The notes under the pieces: generated by a model | What the model saw: only the letters and a program-made list of their open reading frames with translations | What the model was told of the DNA's origin: nothing | Databases searched by the model: none | Shown here: positions 25,097 to 36,497 of the stretch, piece by piece | How the letters are laid out: every line of letters begins with the position of its first letter | Position numbering within the stretch: the stretch's first letter is position 1 | Made by a program: the position numbers and the translations under genes | Assembly: GCF_006345805.1 (NCBI RefSeq) | Contig: NC_042997.1 | Location: 97,712,001-97,776,000 of the forward strand | Reading direction: 5' to 3' | DNA from: Octopus sinensis | Taxonomy: Eukaryota | DNA: 64,000 nt

Positions 25097-25506
25097 ATAT
25101 ATATATATATATCACGTGATCAAGTGACCGACCAGACCATGAGATGTTTTTTACATATCGCTGGTCACAATGATATATATATATATATACATACGTACAT
25201 ACATACATATATATACGTATTTATGTATACGTGAGTCGTCTAAGAGAGCATATGTCAGGGAAAAGATGCACTTGTATATGGGTCAGTAGAGTGGATATAT
25301 TATCCGTAAAGAATAACATTAAATATCCATCTCGGCTGATCTTATCGTGTAAAGAATACAATATATCCGCGACGGAGCCAACTGGAAGTGAGGGGTGGAG
25401 GAGACTGCGAGCCGAAAGGATTCATGAACCATTTTTTCTGTCCTCGCGGGATACTTATACGGCGTCTTCGACGAGAGAGTCCGTCATGCATACATATATA
25501 CATACA

Positions 25507-25813
25507 TTCTTCTTGCGCCCATTTCAAGCCTAACCAGGCTTATGGGCCCGGTTTCCCGGTTTCTGTGGCGTATGTGTTCCTCCCAGCTGGACAGGACGCC
25601 AGTCCATCGCAGCGTTACTCAAGAAAGCAGAAAATATAACGAGAGAAATTTGGGGCGAAAGAGTACAACAAGGCTCGCCCTCCTCCCCTGCCGGAGCCTC
25701 GTGGAGCTTTAGGTGTTTTCGCTCAATAAACACACAACGCCCGATCTGGGAATCGAAACCGCGATCCTCCGATCACGAGTCCGCTGCCCTAACCACTGGG
25801 CCATTGCGCCTCC
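25507..25813 (-). mobile_element. SINE family D, different tail
   Basis: 25704-25813 is the reverse complement of 24836-24950; the remainder is unrelated. Confidence 0.85.
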
Positions 25814-26044
25814 ACACATACAAACATACATACATACATACATACATACATACATACATACATACATACATACATACATACATGCATTCATACATGCATG
25901 CATGCATACATACCCTGTTATTAGTGTTGAAATTCCAATGAAGGAAGCCTTGAATCTAGGTTAGAAACTGGCTCTTTCTCTACTGGCGAGAAATCTTGAG
26001 ATAAAACTGAACAATGACATACATATATATTCCTTTATATCTCT

Positions 26045-27572
26045 ACTTATTTTAGTCATTCGACTGCGGTCATGCTGGAGCTCTGCCTTGAAGGGTTTTA
26101 GTCGAGTAAATCGACTGCATGACTTATTTCTTAAACCTAGTACTTAATTCATCGGTCTCTTTTGCTGAACCGCTAAGTTACAGGGACGTAGCACCGGTTG
26201 TCAAGCGGTGATGGGGGAAGCACAGAGAGTAAGACGCAAACACATTGATATATATATATATATATAATATGTAATAAAATAGAACATATGCATATATATA
26301 AACATATATGTACGTACCTACCTCTACATGTACATATACACGCATATATGTGTACAGGACACAAAAAAGACGTCGAACACATAGAGAGACGAAAACACAT
26401 AGACACAAACCAAGGAACAGGACAAGCAAAAAAGAAAAAAAGAGATACAGGACAATAAGCACAACGAAAAATCCCCTTCTTCAGTCGCTAAGGTTTCATC
26501 TACTCTACGTTTCGAAGGATAAAAGCGAGACGTATACTTCGAAGAAACTTCCTTCCTGCGAAAAGCAAATCAATTAAAATTCTGATATCTTTCGCAGAGG
26601 GGTAAAAAATGGTAAAAAAAGCAAGACGGTAACGACAGTACAAACAATAAACAGTAAAAAAAAAATTATATATAAACAGTTGAAAAATAAATATATAACA
26701 GTGAGAGACAGGACCAAGGAGAACAAGATAAGAAGGGCTGTTTACGCCAGACGAAAAAAGTAATGCAAACGCTGGATTATAGTGGACGACGAGAGAGAAA
26801 GAATGTCGACCAGTGGCCTTAGAAGGCGGGCGAGAAAAGACAGGATAGCAGTTACGACGGAAGTATCGTCGCAGATGGACGACGGGAATGGGGGAGGAGG
26901 AGCAAGAGGAAGAAGAGAGAAGAAGGGGAATGGTGCGAGGAGACCATGAAGAATGGTGGGGGGGAGAGAGAGAATGAAGAATGAGAGAGAGAGGAAGAGA
27001 CAAGTTAAGTGAGGGAAAAAGGACGAAAAAGGGAATGGAGAGAAAGAAAGAAAGATGCAGAGTCGCGTGAGAGTGTAATATCAAGGCTAACTTGATAAAC
27101 AGAACAATCTTACTTAATAGGGTGCGTGCGTTTAGTCGTATAATATGTTAATAAAATAGAACATATGCATATAATAAACATATATGTACGTACCTACCTC
27201 TACATGTACATATACACGCATATATGTGTACAGGACACCAAAAAGACGTCGAACACATAGAGAGACGAAAAACATAGACACAAACCAAGGAACAGGACAA
27301 GCAAAAAAGAAAAAAAGAGATACAGGACAATAAGCACAACGAAAAATCCCCTTCTTCAGTCGCTAAGGTTTCATCTACTAAACGTTTCGAAGGATAAAAG
27401 CGAGACATATATATATATATGAAGGGCTTCTTTCAGTTTCCCTCTACCAAATACATTCGCAAGGCTTTGGTCAGTCTGAGGCTAGAGTAGAAGACACTCG
27501 CCCAAGTTACCACTCAGTGAGACTGAACCTGGGACCATATTGTTGGGAAGCAAGATTCTTACCACACAACCC
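26045..27572 (-). mobile_element. SINE family A split by an insertion (3' part ~26045-26260, 5' part ~27407-27572)
   Basis: The two parts are collinear with the family A sequence on either side of its internal microsatellite. Confidence 0.75.
26272..27406 (-). mobile_element. Non-coding element with ~260-bp direct terminal repeats
   Basis: 26272-26531 and 27149-27406 are near-identical and flank ~620 bp of purine-rich sequence; strand is tentative. Confidence 0.75.
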
Positions 27573-28442
27573 ATCGTTTCCACTTGTGCCTCTTTTGATT
27601 TTAGGTTCGTTTTTTGGGGGGGTCTTTTTGGCTTTTTGGTGAAGTGGGGTTATTAAAGAAATTAATGAAAAAATTTAATTTCAGCTTCCGTCGACTTATC
27701 CGACTTTACGTGGGTCTCAGAACACATATTAAAAGCATGAAAAGGAAATAAACAACACAAAAAAGCTCGAAACGAATACTGAAGTGGAAAATCAAATAAA
27801 CTACATGTGAAAATTTGTATAAACCATTTATTAAAACAGATAAAAAGTAAATAAATTTTTCAAAATGTCTTTCCGCGTTACGTCGTTTTCTCGTGTTAAG
27901 TCGCATATCATTGAACCAAATGCCGTCGTAAGTTGAGGTGTTCTTGTTTGTTTGTTTGTTTGTGCGCGCGCGCGCGCGTGTGCGCGTGCTTGTGTGCGTG
28001 TGTGTGTCTATGTACGAATATACATATTTTATCTTTTACTTGTTTTATTCAGTAGACTGCGACCATGTTAGAGCACCGACTTGAAAAATTTCCGATTTAT
28101 GTATGCTGTGGCTCCTTGTAAAATAATAAAATACTATGGGACCCAGCGCAAAGATTTGACTACAAGCCTATTATGCTGCTAGCGGGGCTCTGCTTGGGAT
28201 GGGTTGGGGTGGGGGAGACGCTGGTTTAGGGGTCCTATACTAATCTAGGTATGTGCTTTGCAATCAATAAAAATGATATAGGCCATGGTATATTACTTTG
28301 CCTGGGGGTTTATAATACTGTGAAGATGTGGATGTCCCTTGCACGAGGGAGATTGTCATTTAGCCCATGTCAATTGTGACTGAATAGTCCTTTGATCCTT
28401 AGGCTTTTTAGCCATCACCACGTTTTGTATAATCTATATCTA

Positions 28443-29234
28443 CATTGTTGACGGAATTCTTGTTTAAGCATCCCATATAACTCCTCATAACATTTTTATT
28501 TTTTAGAATTTCTAGAGAAGTCTTGCGAATTTGTTTTCTCCACACAAGAATTCATACGATTATAGCTGGCAGAATCGTTAGCACGCCGGGCGAAATGCGT
28601 AGCCGTATTTCGTCTGCCGTTACATTCTGGGTTCAAATTCCGCCGAGGTCGACTTTGCCTTTCATCCTTTCGAGGTCGATAAATTAAGTACCAGTTATGC
28701 ACTGGGGTCGATGTAATCGACTTAGTTCGTTTGTCTGTCCTTGTTTGTCCCCTCTATGTTTAGCCCCTTGTGGGTAATAAAGAAACATATATATATATAT
28801 ATATATATATAGATAGATATATATATATAAAAATTAAAGTTTTTTTTTATCCCACCCCATAAATCCTAAAGTTTTCACTCTTTTTCGATTTTTTAAATAT
28901 CAGAGTTTAAAATACAGACAGTCCGAATTTTTTGCTTAAATCCCAGCAATGGATCATCCTTGGGTGCATCATCATTCCATAAAATGTGTTTTGGGGAAGA
29001 AAATATTGAAAGAACATCAATACATGTCAAAGTGACAAAGAAAGGAGGTAAGTATCAGGTTGTAGAAACAACAACTGAATCGCCCTTGAATTATACAGCA
29101 ATTTTTTTTTTTGCACAATCGTATGAATTCCCGTGTGTAGAAGACAAATTCGCAAAAAATTTCTGAAAATTCCCAAAAATAAGAAATGTTACGAGAGGTT
29201 TTATGGGGTGCTTAAACCAGAATCCCGCCACATT
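28443..29234. mobile_element. MITE with ~120-bp imperfect TIRs, interrupted by a SINE
   Basis: 28443-28561 aligns with the reverse complement of 29117-29234. Confidence 0.7.
28564..28784 (+). mobile_element. SINE family B
   Basis: Homologous to 4705-4921. Confidence 0.9.
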
Positions 29235-29302
29235 GGTTAGTTAAGGTGTGCTTGTTTGTTTGTGTGTGTGTGTGCGCGTGCGTGCGTGATTGCTTGTGTA
29301 TC

Positions 29303-29345
<43 letters not shown>

Positions 29346-29473
29346 ATATACATATTTTATCTTTTACTTGTTTTATTCAGTAGACTGCGACCATGCTGGA
29401 GCACCGTCTTGAAAAATTTCCGATTTATGTCTGCTTTATTATCTTTAAAGATAATAAAGCTTGGTTAAAGAGT

Positions 29474-29768
29474 AGAGATCCCCCTTCAGTCATGAATGAT
29501 CATGGGATTGCACCTAGAAAGTTACTCTCCGAGGCACAAGTCCGAGCAAGGTTGTTTATGGAAGACCAGCATTCGCACATGCATGCCAGCTTCGCCTCTC
29601 TGCGTCACTGATGTTATCCAAGGGAAAGGCAAAGGCCGATGCAACTTGGTACCAGTGACGTTGCAACTCATTTCTACAGCTGAGTGAACTGGAGCAACAT
29701 GAAATAAAGTGTCTTGCTCAAGAACACAACACGCAGCCCGATCCGGTGTCGAACCCACTACCTCATGA
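29474..29768 (-). mobile_element. SINE family C, tail type 2
   Basis: Homologous to 14415-14747. Confidence 0.85.
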
Positions 29769-30211
29769 GAGTTTGGTATGATATATATATAGCAATTTCT
29801 ACCGGGTGGAGTACAGAAATTCTTTCTTTTGCTTAAGAAGAGCTTGTGATTAGCCTATGAGAAAACTTTACAAAATCATTTACGTTTCAACACCCACAAA
29901 TGTTTACTAATCATCAATGTTAGCTGCTTCTAATATATTGGTTTCAAATGTTGGTACAAGGCCAGCACTTTAAATTGACTACATCGATCTCATTGTTCAA
30001 TTGGTACTTAATTTATCGACCCTGAAATTGTGAAGAGCAAAAATCGAAATCGATGAAATTTAAACGCAAAGACGGTTGAAACGCCGCTAAGCATTTTGCC
30101 CGGCGTGCTATCAATTCTGCCAGCTCGCCACCATTGTTGCTTCTAATATACGATTGTATTTTAATTGTTACCTCGCTTTCTGTTTAATACTCTTTGAATT
30201 ACAGTTTAAAC

Positions 30212-30595
30212 TAGTGGTTCTTAACTTTTGTGCCTTCGTGATGTATCTGGAAGTCAATATTTCTGGCACACCGCAATTTAAAGAAAATTCAGTTGTACCG
30301 GAAATTAAATGAAGCAATTTACTGCTGCATTGGATATTAAATAAAAATTTACTGGCTCACGGCTTTTGCTTCAATATATAACAACTGCATCCTCTTCCTT
30401 TAACGTGCGAAGTTAAGCAAAACTACATTTTGAGGTTGAGAAGTTAAGAAAAAATATCAAAAACCTTAGCCTATTTTTCCTTAATTAGGTATAGATGTGT
30501 ACAACAAAATTATGTTGAAAACGATCAAGTTTATTCACATGTTTTTAAAATTCACCTGGATACATATCTTGCGGCGTACCTTTTGAAGAACACGG
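30212..30595. mobile_element. Old hAT-like MITE
   Basis: Ends TAGTGGTTCTTAA / TTGAAGAACACGG; subterminal GGCACACC-like motifs. Confidence 0.45.
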
Positions 30596-31021
30596 AATTA
30601 ACTGAAGGCTAACGTTATTTTAGTTATTTTTCATTTAACCTGTATAAAATTATATTTTATAATGATAGTTACGTAGGCAAAGGCATAACTGTATAGCTAA
30701 CGGGCTAGCTTTGCATCTAAATTGTTTCGGATTTAGGTCTCACTGTGTGGCACCTTGGGCAAATGTCTTCAACTATAGACTATAACCTCCGACTGACTGA
30801 TGCCTTGTGAGTAAACTTAGGAGATACAAGCTGTGTGGAAGCAGGTCGTATGTCTTATACATACATACATACATACATACATACATACATACATACATAC
30901 ATACATACATACATACATACATACACACACATACAGTGAAAATACAGGGATAACACATCCAGGCAGGTACCGTTCAAGCTATCTGATATAATCCAAGTCA
31001 TGGCTAACCGCATCGAATGGT

Positions 31022-31117
31022 AAGAAACAACTTAGTACTATTCGAGGTAAAACAATCCTAACGTATTTCAAGAAACAACTTAGTACTATTCGAGGTAAAA
31101 CAATCCTAACGTATTTC
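31022..31117. repeat. Perfect 48-bp tandem duplication
   Basis: AAGAAACAACTTAGTACTATTCGAGGTAAAACAATCCTAACGTATTTC x2. Confidence 0.95.
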
Positions 31118-31247
31118 ATTCGATAAGTAGATCCAGGGGTTGCTTCTTTGGATTATAAATAGTTTACAGAGCTTATATCCAAGACAAATCAATGACTAAG
31201 GAGAATAATACTTCTACCCATTTTTCATAATTACTGTCAATTACATA

Positions 31248-31471
31248 GGCGTATGAGTGGCTGTGTGATAAGTAGCTTGCTTACGAACCACATAGTTCCA
31301 GGTTCAGTCCCACTGCGTAGCACCTTGGGCAAGTGTCTTCTACTATAGCCTCGGGCTGACCAAAGCCTTGTGAGTGGATTTGGTAGACGGAAACTGGAAA
31401 GCCCGTCGTATATATGTATACACACACACACACACGCACACACACACACACACACACCACACACACACACA

Positions 31472-31547
<76 letters not shown>

Positions 31548-31780
31548 AGTATATGTTTGTGTGTCTGTGTTTGTCCCCCCAACATCGCTTGACAACCGAT
31601 GCTGGTGTGTTTACGTCCCCGTAACTTAGCAGTTCGGCAAGAGATCGATAGAATAAGTACTAGGCTTCCAAAGAATAAGTCCTGGGGTCGATTTGCTCGA
31701 CTAAAGGCGGTGCTCCAGCATGGCCACAGTCACATGACTGAAACTAGTAAAAGAGTAAAATAGTAAAAGAGAGTAAAGAG
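31248..31780 (+). mobile_element. SINE family A
   Basis: Full length, with expanded (CA)n/(TA)n. Confidence 0.92.
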
Positions 31781-32504
31781 TATATTTAACTTAAATCTTC
31801 TCGACACATGTTTCTGTTACATCGATAATTTGGAATGTGGTTTTCATTTGCCTTAGAATCAAAACCACATTGTTAGGTATCCATGCAGTAGAAACATGTG
31901 ACGAACAAATTTAAATGTTTAAATTAAACATAGAGTATAACTGACTGTAATAAAAAAAATGTGTAACTGTATCATTCTTCTTATTCATTGAATTGTCTTT
32001 TATATACATGTTGAGCACTCATTTTCATCGTTCGACATTTACGTACGTACGTACAATGTATGTATGTATGTATGTATGTATGTATGTATGTATGTATGTA
32101 TGTATGTATGTATGTATGTATGTATTAACGTAGCACTCCGTCGGTTACGACGATGAGGGTTCCAGTTGATTCAATCAACGGAACAGGCTGCTCGTGAAAT
32201 TAACGTGCAAGTGGCTGAGCATTCCACAGACACGTGTACCCTTAACGTAAGTATGGAGGCTAGGAAAAAAAAGTACAAACTGCATTCCGATCTATGCACC
32301 CGTCTCCACATGTGTGCCAATTTTCATGCACAACTCGCCTGACTCAGCCATCTGCCGTCCAATTGCTCTTACATTTAACGTTTTAAAGTTAACAATGAGT
32401 CATTAACAATAAAGTTCTACAACACCATTATTCTCTCAGTCTCTCTCTCTCTTTCTCTCTCTCTTTCATTCTCTCTCCCTCTCTTTAACTCCATCTCTCC
32501 TGGG

Positions 32505-32785
32505 TGATCCACAGTACGGCTTCCGCAAAACCGGATTTACAGGCGACCAGTTTTCTAATGTCACTCACTAGTGGGCTGTTGCTTCAGAGATGTTCAGTGA
32601 AAGCAATGTTATTGTCCATGACGTCAGAAAAGCCTTCGACCCTGTCTGGCATGCAATTTTCCCATCAATACATCCACCTTTTGATCAGCGCGCCCCGTTG
32701 TGACATGTGTTGATGGAGCTCTTTCTGTCCCAGTCTCAAACAACTCTGGTGTTCCTTAGGGCTCGGCTTCATCCTCGACTCTCTA
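32505..32785 (+). mobile_element. Old CR1/Jockey-type LINE RT fragment
   Basis: QYGFRK.., DVRKAFD..WH and NSGVP*GS motifs, with frameshifts. Confidence 0.65.
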
Positions 32786-33268
32786 TCATCATTGTTCGAC
32801 CGTGGTCGAGACAATGGAATTTACCATGCTACGCCAGACTTCACGGTCCATCATGGCATTACGGAGGTCCTGTTGCTGGATGCCTGTATCCCTGGAGATT
32901 ACATCAGGGTAGGAGAGTGTGCGCCCTCTGGTATTGCGAGTAGATGGCTTCCAGAGGAGAAGAGTAGAAATTACTTCTTTTTCAGCTCTACAACAATGTC
33001 CAGCAAACTGGACTCTCCTACCTTTCACAAGAGATGACACAGGTGGTAGTTTCCCATATATTTGCATTTTGGTTGGATGGCGCTTCCACGAGAGATTTTG
33101 AGCTCTCATAAGGAGGCGAGTGTAGGTCCCATCCAACCGCCTCTCAAGCTTCTTTGATAACGTCCAGGTTTCTGAGCCGTATAGTAGAATTGGTTCGACT
33201 GTGGCTTTGAAGATTTCAAGTTTGAAGTCTCTACTTAGATTTGATGACCAGATCTTATGCATATCTAA
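32786..33268 (-). mobile_element. LINE (RTE-like) 3' end, 5'-truncated, open frame
   Basis: KLEIFKATVEPILLYGSETWTL..RRVQFAGHCCR..AMMDREVWR; short GAT tail. Confidence 0.88.
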
Positions 33269-33456
33269 CTTCTGTACACAAATCACTTACTTGCTGTCAC
33301 AACCAACTATGTTACTCGTATACAGAAGACACGATCTTTCATTCCTTTCTAACTTACAGCAACCATCTAACATTCATACACAGGCGAGACGTCTCACATA
33401 AAACCCGCATTGATTCCATAATAGAGACTTCAAGAGAATCCTTCAGTGGAGGACAT

Positions 33457-33671
33457 ACTCTTTTACTTGTTTCAGTCATTTGACTGTGGCCATGCTGGAG
33501 TACCGCCTTTAATCGAGCACATCGACCCCAGGACTTATTCTTTGTAAGCCTAGTACTTATTCTATCGGGTTTTTTGCCGAACCGCTAAGTTACGGGGACG
33601 TAAACACACCAGCATTAGTTGTCAACCGATGTTGGGGGGGGGTACAAGCACAGACACACAAACACATACAC

Positions 33672-33709
<38 letters not shown>

Positions 33710-33877
33710 CACACATATATGTGCATATATACGACGGTTTTCTTTCAGTTTCCGTCTACCAAATCCTCTCACAATGCTTTAGTAGAAGACACTTGCCCAA
33801 GGTGCCACGAAGTGGGACTGAACCCGGAACCATGTGGTTGGTAAGCAAGCGACTTACCACACAGTCACTCCTACGCC
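33457..33877 (-). mobile_element. SINE family A
   Basis: Reverse complement of family A. Confidence 0.9.
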
Positions 33878-33901
33878 TATAACAGCAAAAATAATTAAAT
33901 A

Positions 33902-35152
33902 TTGGGTTGGCAACTAAGTTCCCGCTGTTTTATTTAAATTTTGGAATTTATTGCGTTTTTAAATTTTGGAATCTATTTTTTCGAGGATTCTATTTTTGAA
34001 TCATTTTGGAATCTATTTTGTTTTTGTTTTTTTGTTTTTTTCTAGTTAATTTTCTAGTTAAAATGGAATGTCAAAGTAAGAAAAACCAGCATTTTCGACA
34101 CCTCCTTCTTTGTGCATTTAATCAAGGCTATAAGGCCGCAAAAGCTGCTCGCGACATTTGTGCTGTGTATGGAGAGGATGCCATAGCTGAAAGAACCGCT
34201 CGTGATTGCTATGCCAAGTTCATTAATGGAAATTTTGACCTCAACCATGCACCTCGTTCTGGCCGTCCAGTTGAGTTCGATGAAGAGCGATTAAACCAAC
34301 TTTTGTACGAAAATTCTCGTCAAACGACAAGGGAACTGGCAGAGAAAATGGAATGTTCCCACACTGCTATAGAGAGGCATCTTCACTCGATGGTAAAGGT
34401 TCAGAAGTATGGATCATGGGTTCTGCAAGCTTTAAATGACAAGAGCAAAAAACAACGAACAAGCTGCTTTGCTTGTTCGTCACTGCTCAACACAGGGACA
34501 CAAGCAACGATTTCTTGACCGAATCGTTACTGGCGACGTAAAATGGTGCCTGTACATCAATATGAAGCAGCGTAAGGAATGGCTTAGCCCCGGTAAACAA
34601 GTGACAACGCGCGTGAAACAAGATCTTCATCCGCGCAAAACGATGTGCGTATGGTGGAACTGGAGAGGGATTATCCATTACGAATTGCTTGAACGGAACC
34701 AAACGGTCAATGCGAAACTCTATGTGCAACGGATGGAACGACTCAACACAGCTATTCAAGAGAAAAGACCTAATCGTCAGCATGGAGTTCTTCTGCCCGA
34801 CAACGCCCGCCCCCATATCGCCAATATGACCAAGGAAGCCATTCAAATGCATGGCTAGGAAGTGCTGTCACACCTGCCGTACTCTCCTGATTTGGCACCA
34901 ACGGATTTCCACCTCTTTCGATCTCGCGGAGTTTCGTTCAATACTGATGCAGAATTGAGAGCTTGTTTGGATCAATTTTTCGAGTCGAAATCGGGTGATT
35001 TCTACCAACGAGGTATTGAAAATCTTGTTAAACGTTGGGAAGAAGTTGTAAACAACAAGGGGGAATAAATTATTAATTAGTTGTTATTTTTTATTAAACC
35101 TTTTAAAAAATTAAAATTTAAAAAACCGGCGGGAACTTAGTTGCCACCCTAA
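33902..35152 (+). mobile_element. Mariner transposon, full length, TA TSD
   Basis: TIRs TTGGGTTGGCAACTAAGTTCCCGC / GCGGGAACTTAGTTGCCACCCTAA, with TA on both sides. Confidence 0.95.
34063..35068 (+). pseudogene. Mariner (DD34D) transposase, one frameshift and one stop
   Basis: RSGRP, IVTGD.KW, DNARPH and YSPDLAPTDFHLFRS motifs in ORFs 34006-34518, 34436-34858 and 34862-35068. Confidence 0.92.
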
Positions 35153-35269
35153 TATAATAAACTAAAAACTCGAGCTTTACACATATTTAAAAAAAAACAC
35201 CACTGTACCACATCCATACTGCACATAAGCGGCTCTCAGCTAGAACACTAGCAGCAGCTCCAATGCTGC

Positions 35270-35580
35270 AAGTTACTAATACCGATGATCTCCTGTGGAG
35301 AAAGCATAGCTAGGATTGTATCTCAAACATTGAACGTTCTCTTCAGAATGAGATCTTTCAGTTTCCGACTGCTTCTGGCATTCTACAAAGCTCAAGTAAG
35401 CCCCATAATAGAGTACTGCTCCCATATCTGGACCGATGTTGCTGCTACGCACACAAATATCCCGGGTCTCATCCTGAGAAAAGCCACTCGACAAACTAGA
35501 ATTCAATCACAAACGGACACGTTCCAGCCTCTGGTGCTCGAGCGTGCAGTCTCCTTTCTTTTCTCTTCTGTCGCTACAAT
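35270..35580 (+). mobile_element. Old CR1/Jockey-type LINE C-terminal fragment
   Basis: LLAFYKAQVSPIIEYCSHIW motif. Confidence 0.65.
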
Positions 35581-36240
35581 AATCCTTTCTACTATAGGCA
35601 CAAGACCGGAAATTGGAGGAAGAGGATAGTGGATTACATTGTCCCCAGTACTCGGCTGGTACTTTTTTCATCGACTCCGAGAGGATAAAAGACAAAGTCA
35701 ACCTCAGCGGAATTTGAACTCAGAACGTAAAGACGGACGAAGCATTTCGCCAGGTATGCTAACGATTCTGCCAGCTTGCCGCTTTCCATCGCTTCAATAA
35801 TAGCCACTGTTCCTCGGTGTTAGCTGGTCTCATACCTCTGTGAATCAACCCTCACCCATTCGTCTTTTCACTTCTTGTTACACCTGATGCGTGAAAACCC
35901 TTCGGCCTCGTATTAACCATATCCCCAGTCTTTCCTCCCGAGAAACATCGGCTCTCTGTAACCTTCTCCCTGCTCGTGTCTTTCCTGCAAACCGGTCTCG
36001 GAGGGCCTGCAAAGGTTATGTTGTTCTTTCTTCTAGACCCCACCCCACCAAAAAAAAACAACAAAAATACAAGATGTAAAATATATAGTTTGTGGAAAAT
36101 ATTTTTCCAAAAGTTTTTTAAAAAATGATTAAATATTTTTTAGAATTTAAATTCTTAAATAAAAAAAATTTAAAACCTGTGATTTAAAAAAAATGAAAAA
36201 ATTAATTGCTTTATTAAAAATATAAATAAATCGAAAACAT

Positions 36241-36400
36241 AGACGCAGGAGTGGCTGTTTGGTAAGTAGCTTGCTTACCAACCACATGGTTCCGGCTTCA
36301 GTCTCACTGCGTGGCACCTTGGGCAAGTGTTTTCTACTATAGCCTCGGGCCGACCAAAGCCTTCTGCGTAGATTTGGTAGACGGAAACTGAGAGAAGCCC
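36241..36400 (+). mobile_element. SINE family A, 5' portion
   Basis: Head homology. Confidence 0.85.
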
Positions 36401-36497
36401 TGACTGGAAAAAAGAAAGAATAAACGAATACTACACAAAGAAAAAATCGCTTCGAAAATATGTGCAGGCGTGGCTGTATGGTAAGAAGCTTGCTTCC

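Noticed and set aside
26500-27084. 194-aa minus-strand ORF in the direct-repeat element
   Set aside because: Low-complexity L/S/F/P composition arising from a purine-rich opposite strand; no domain motif.
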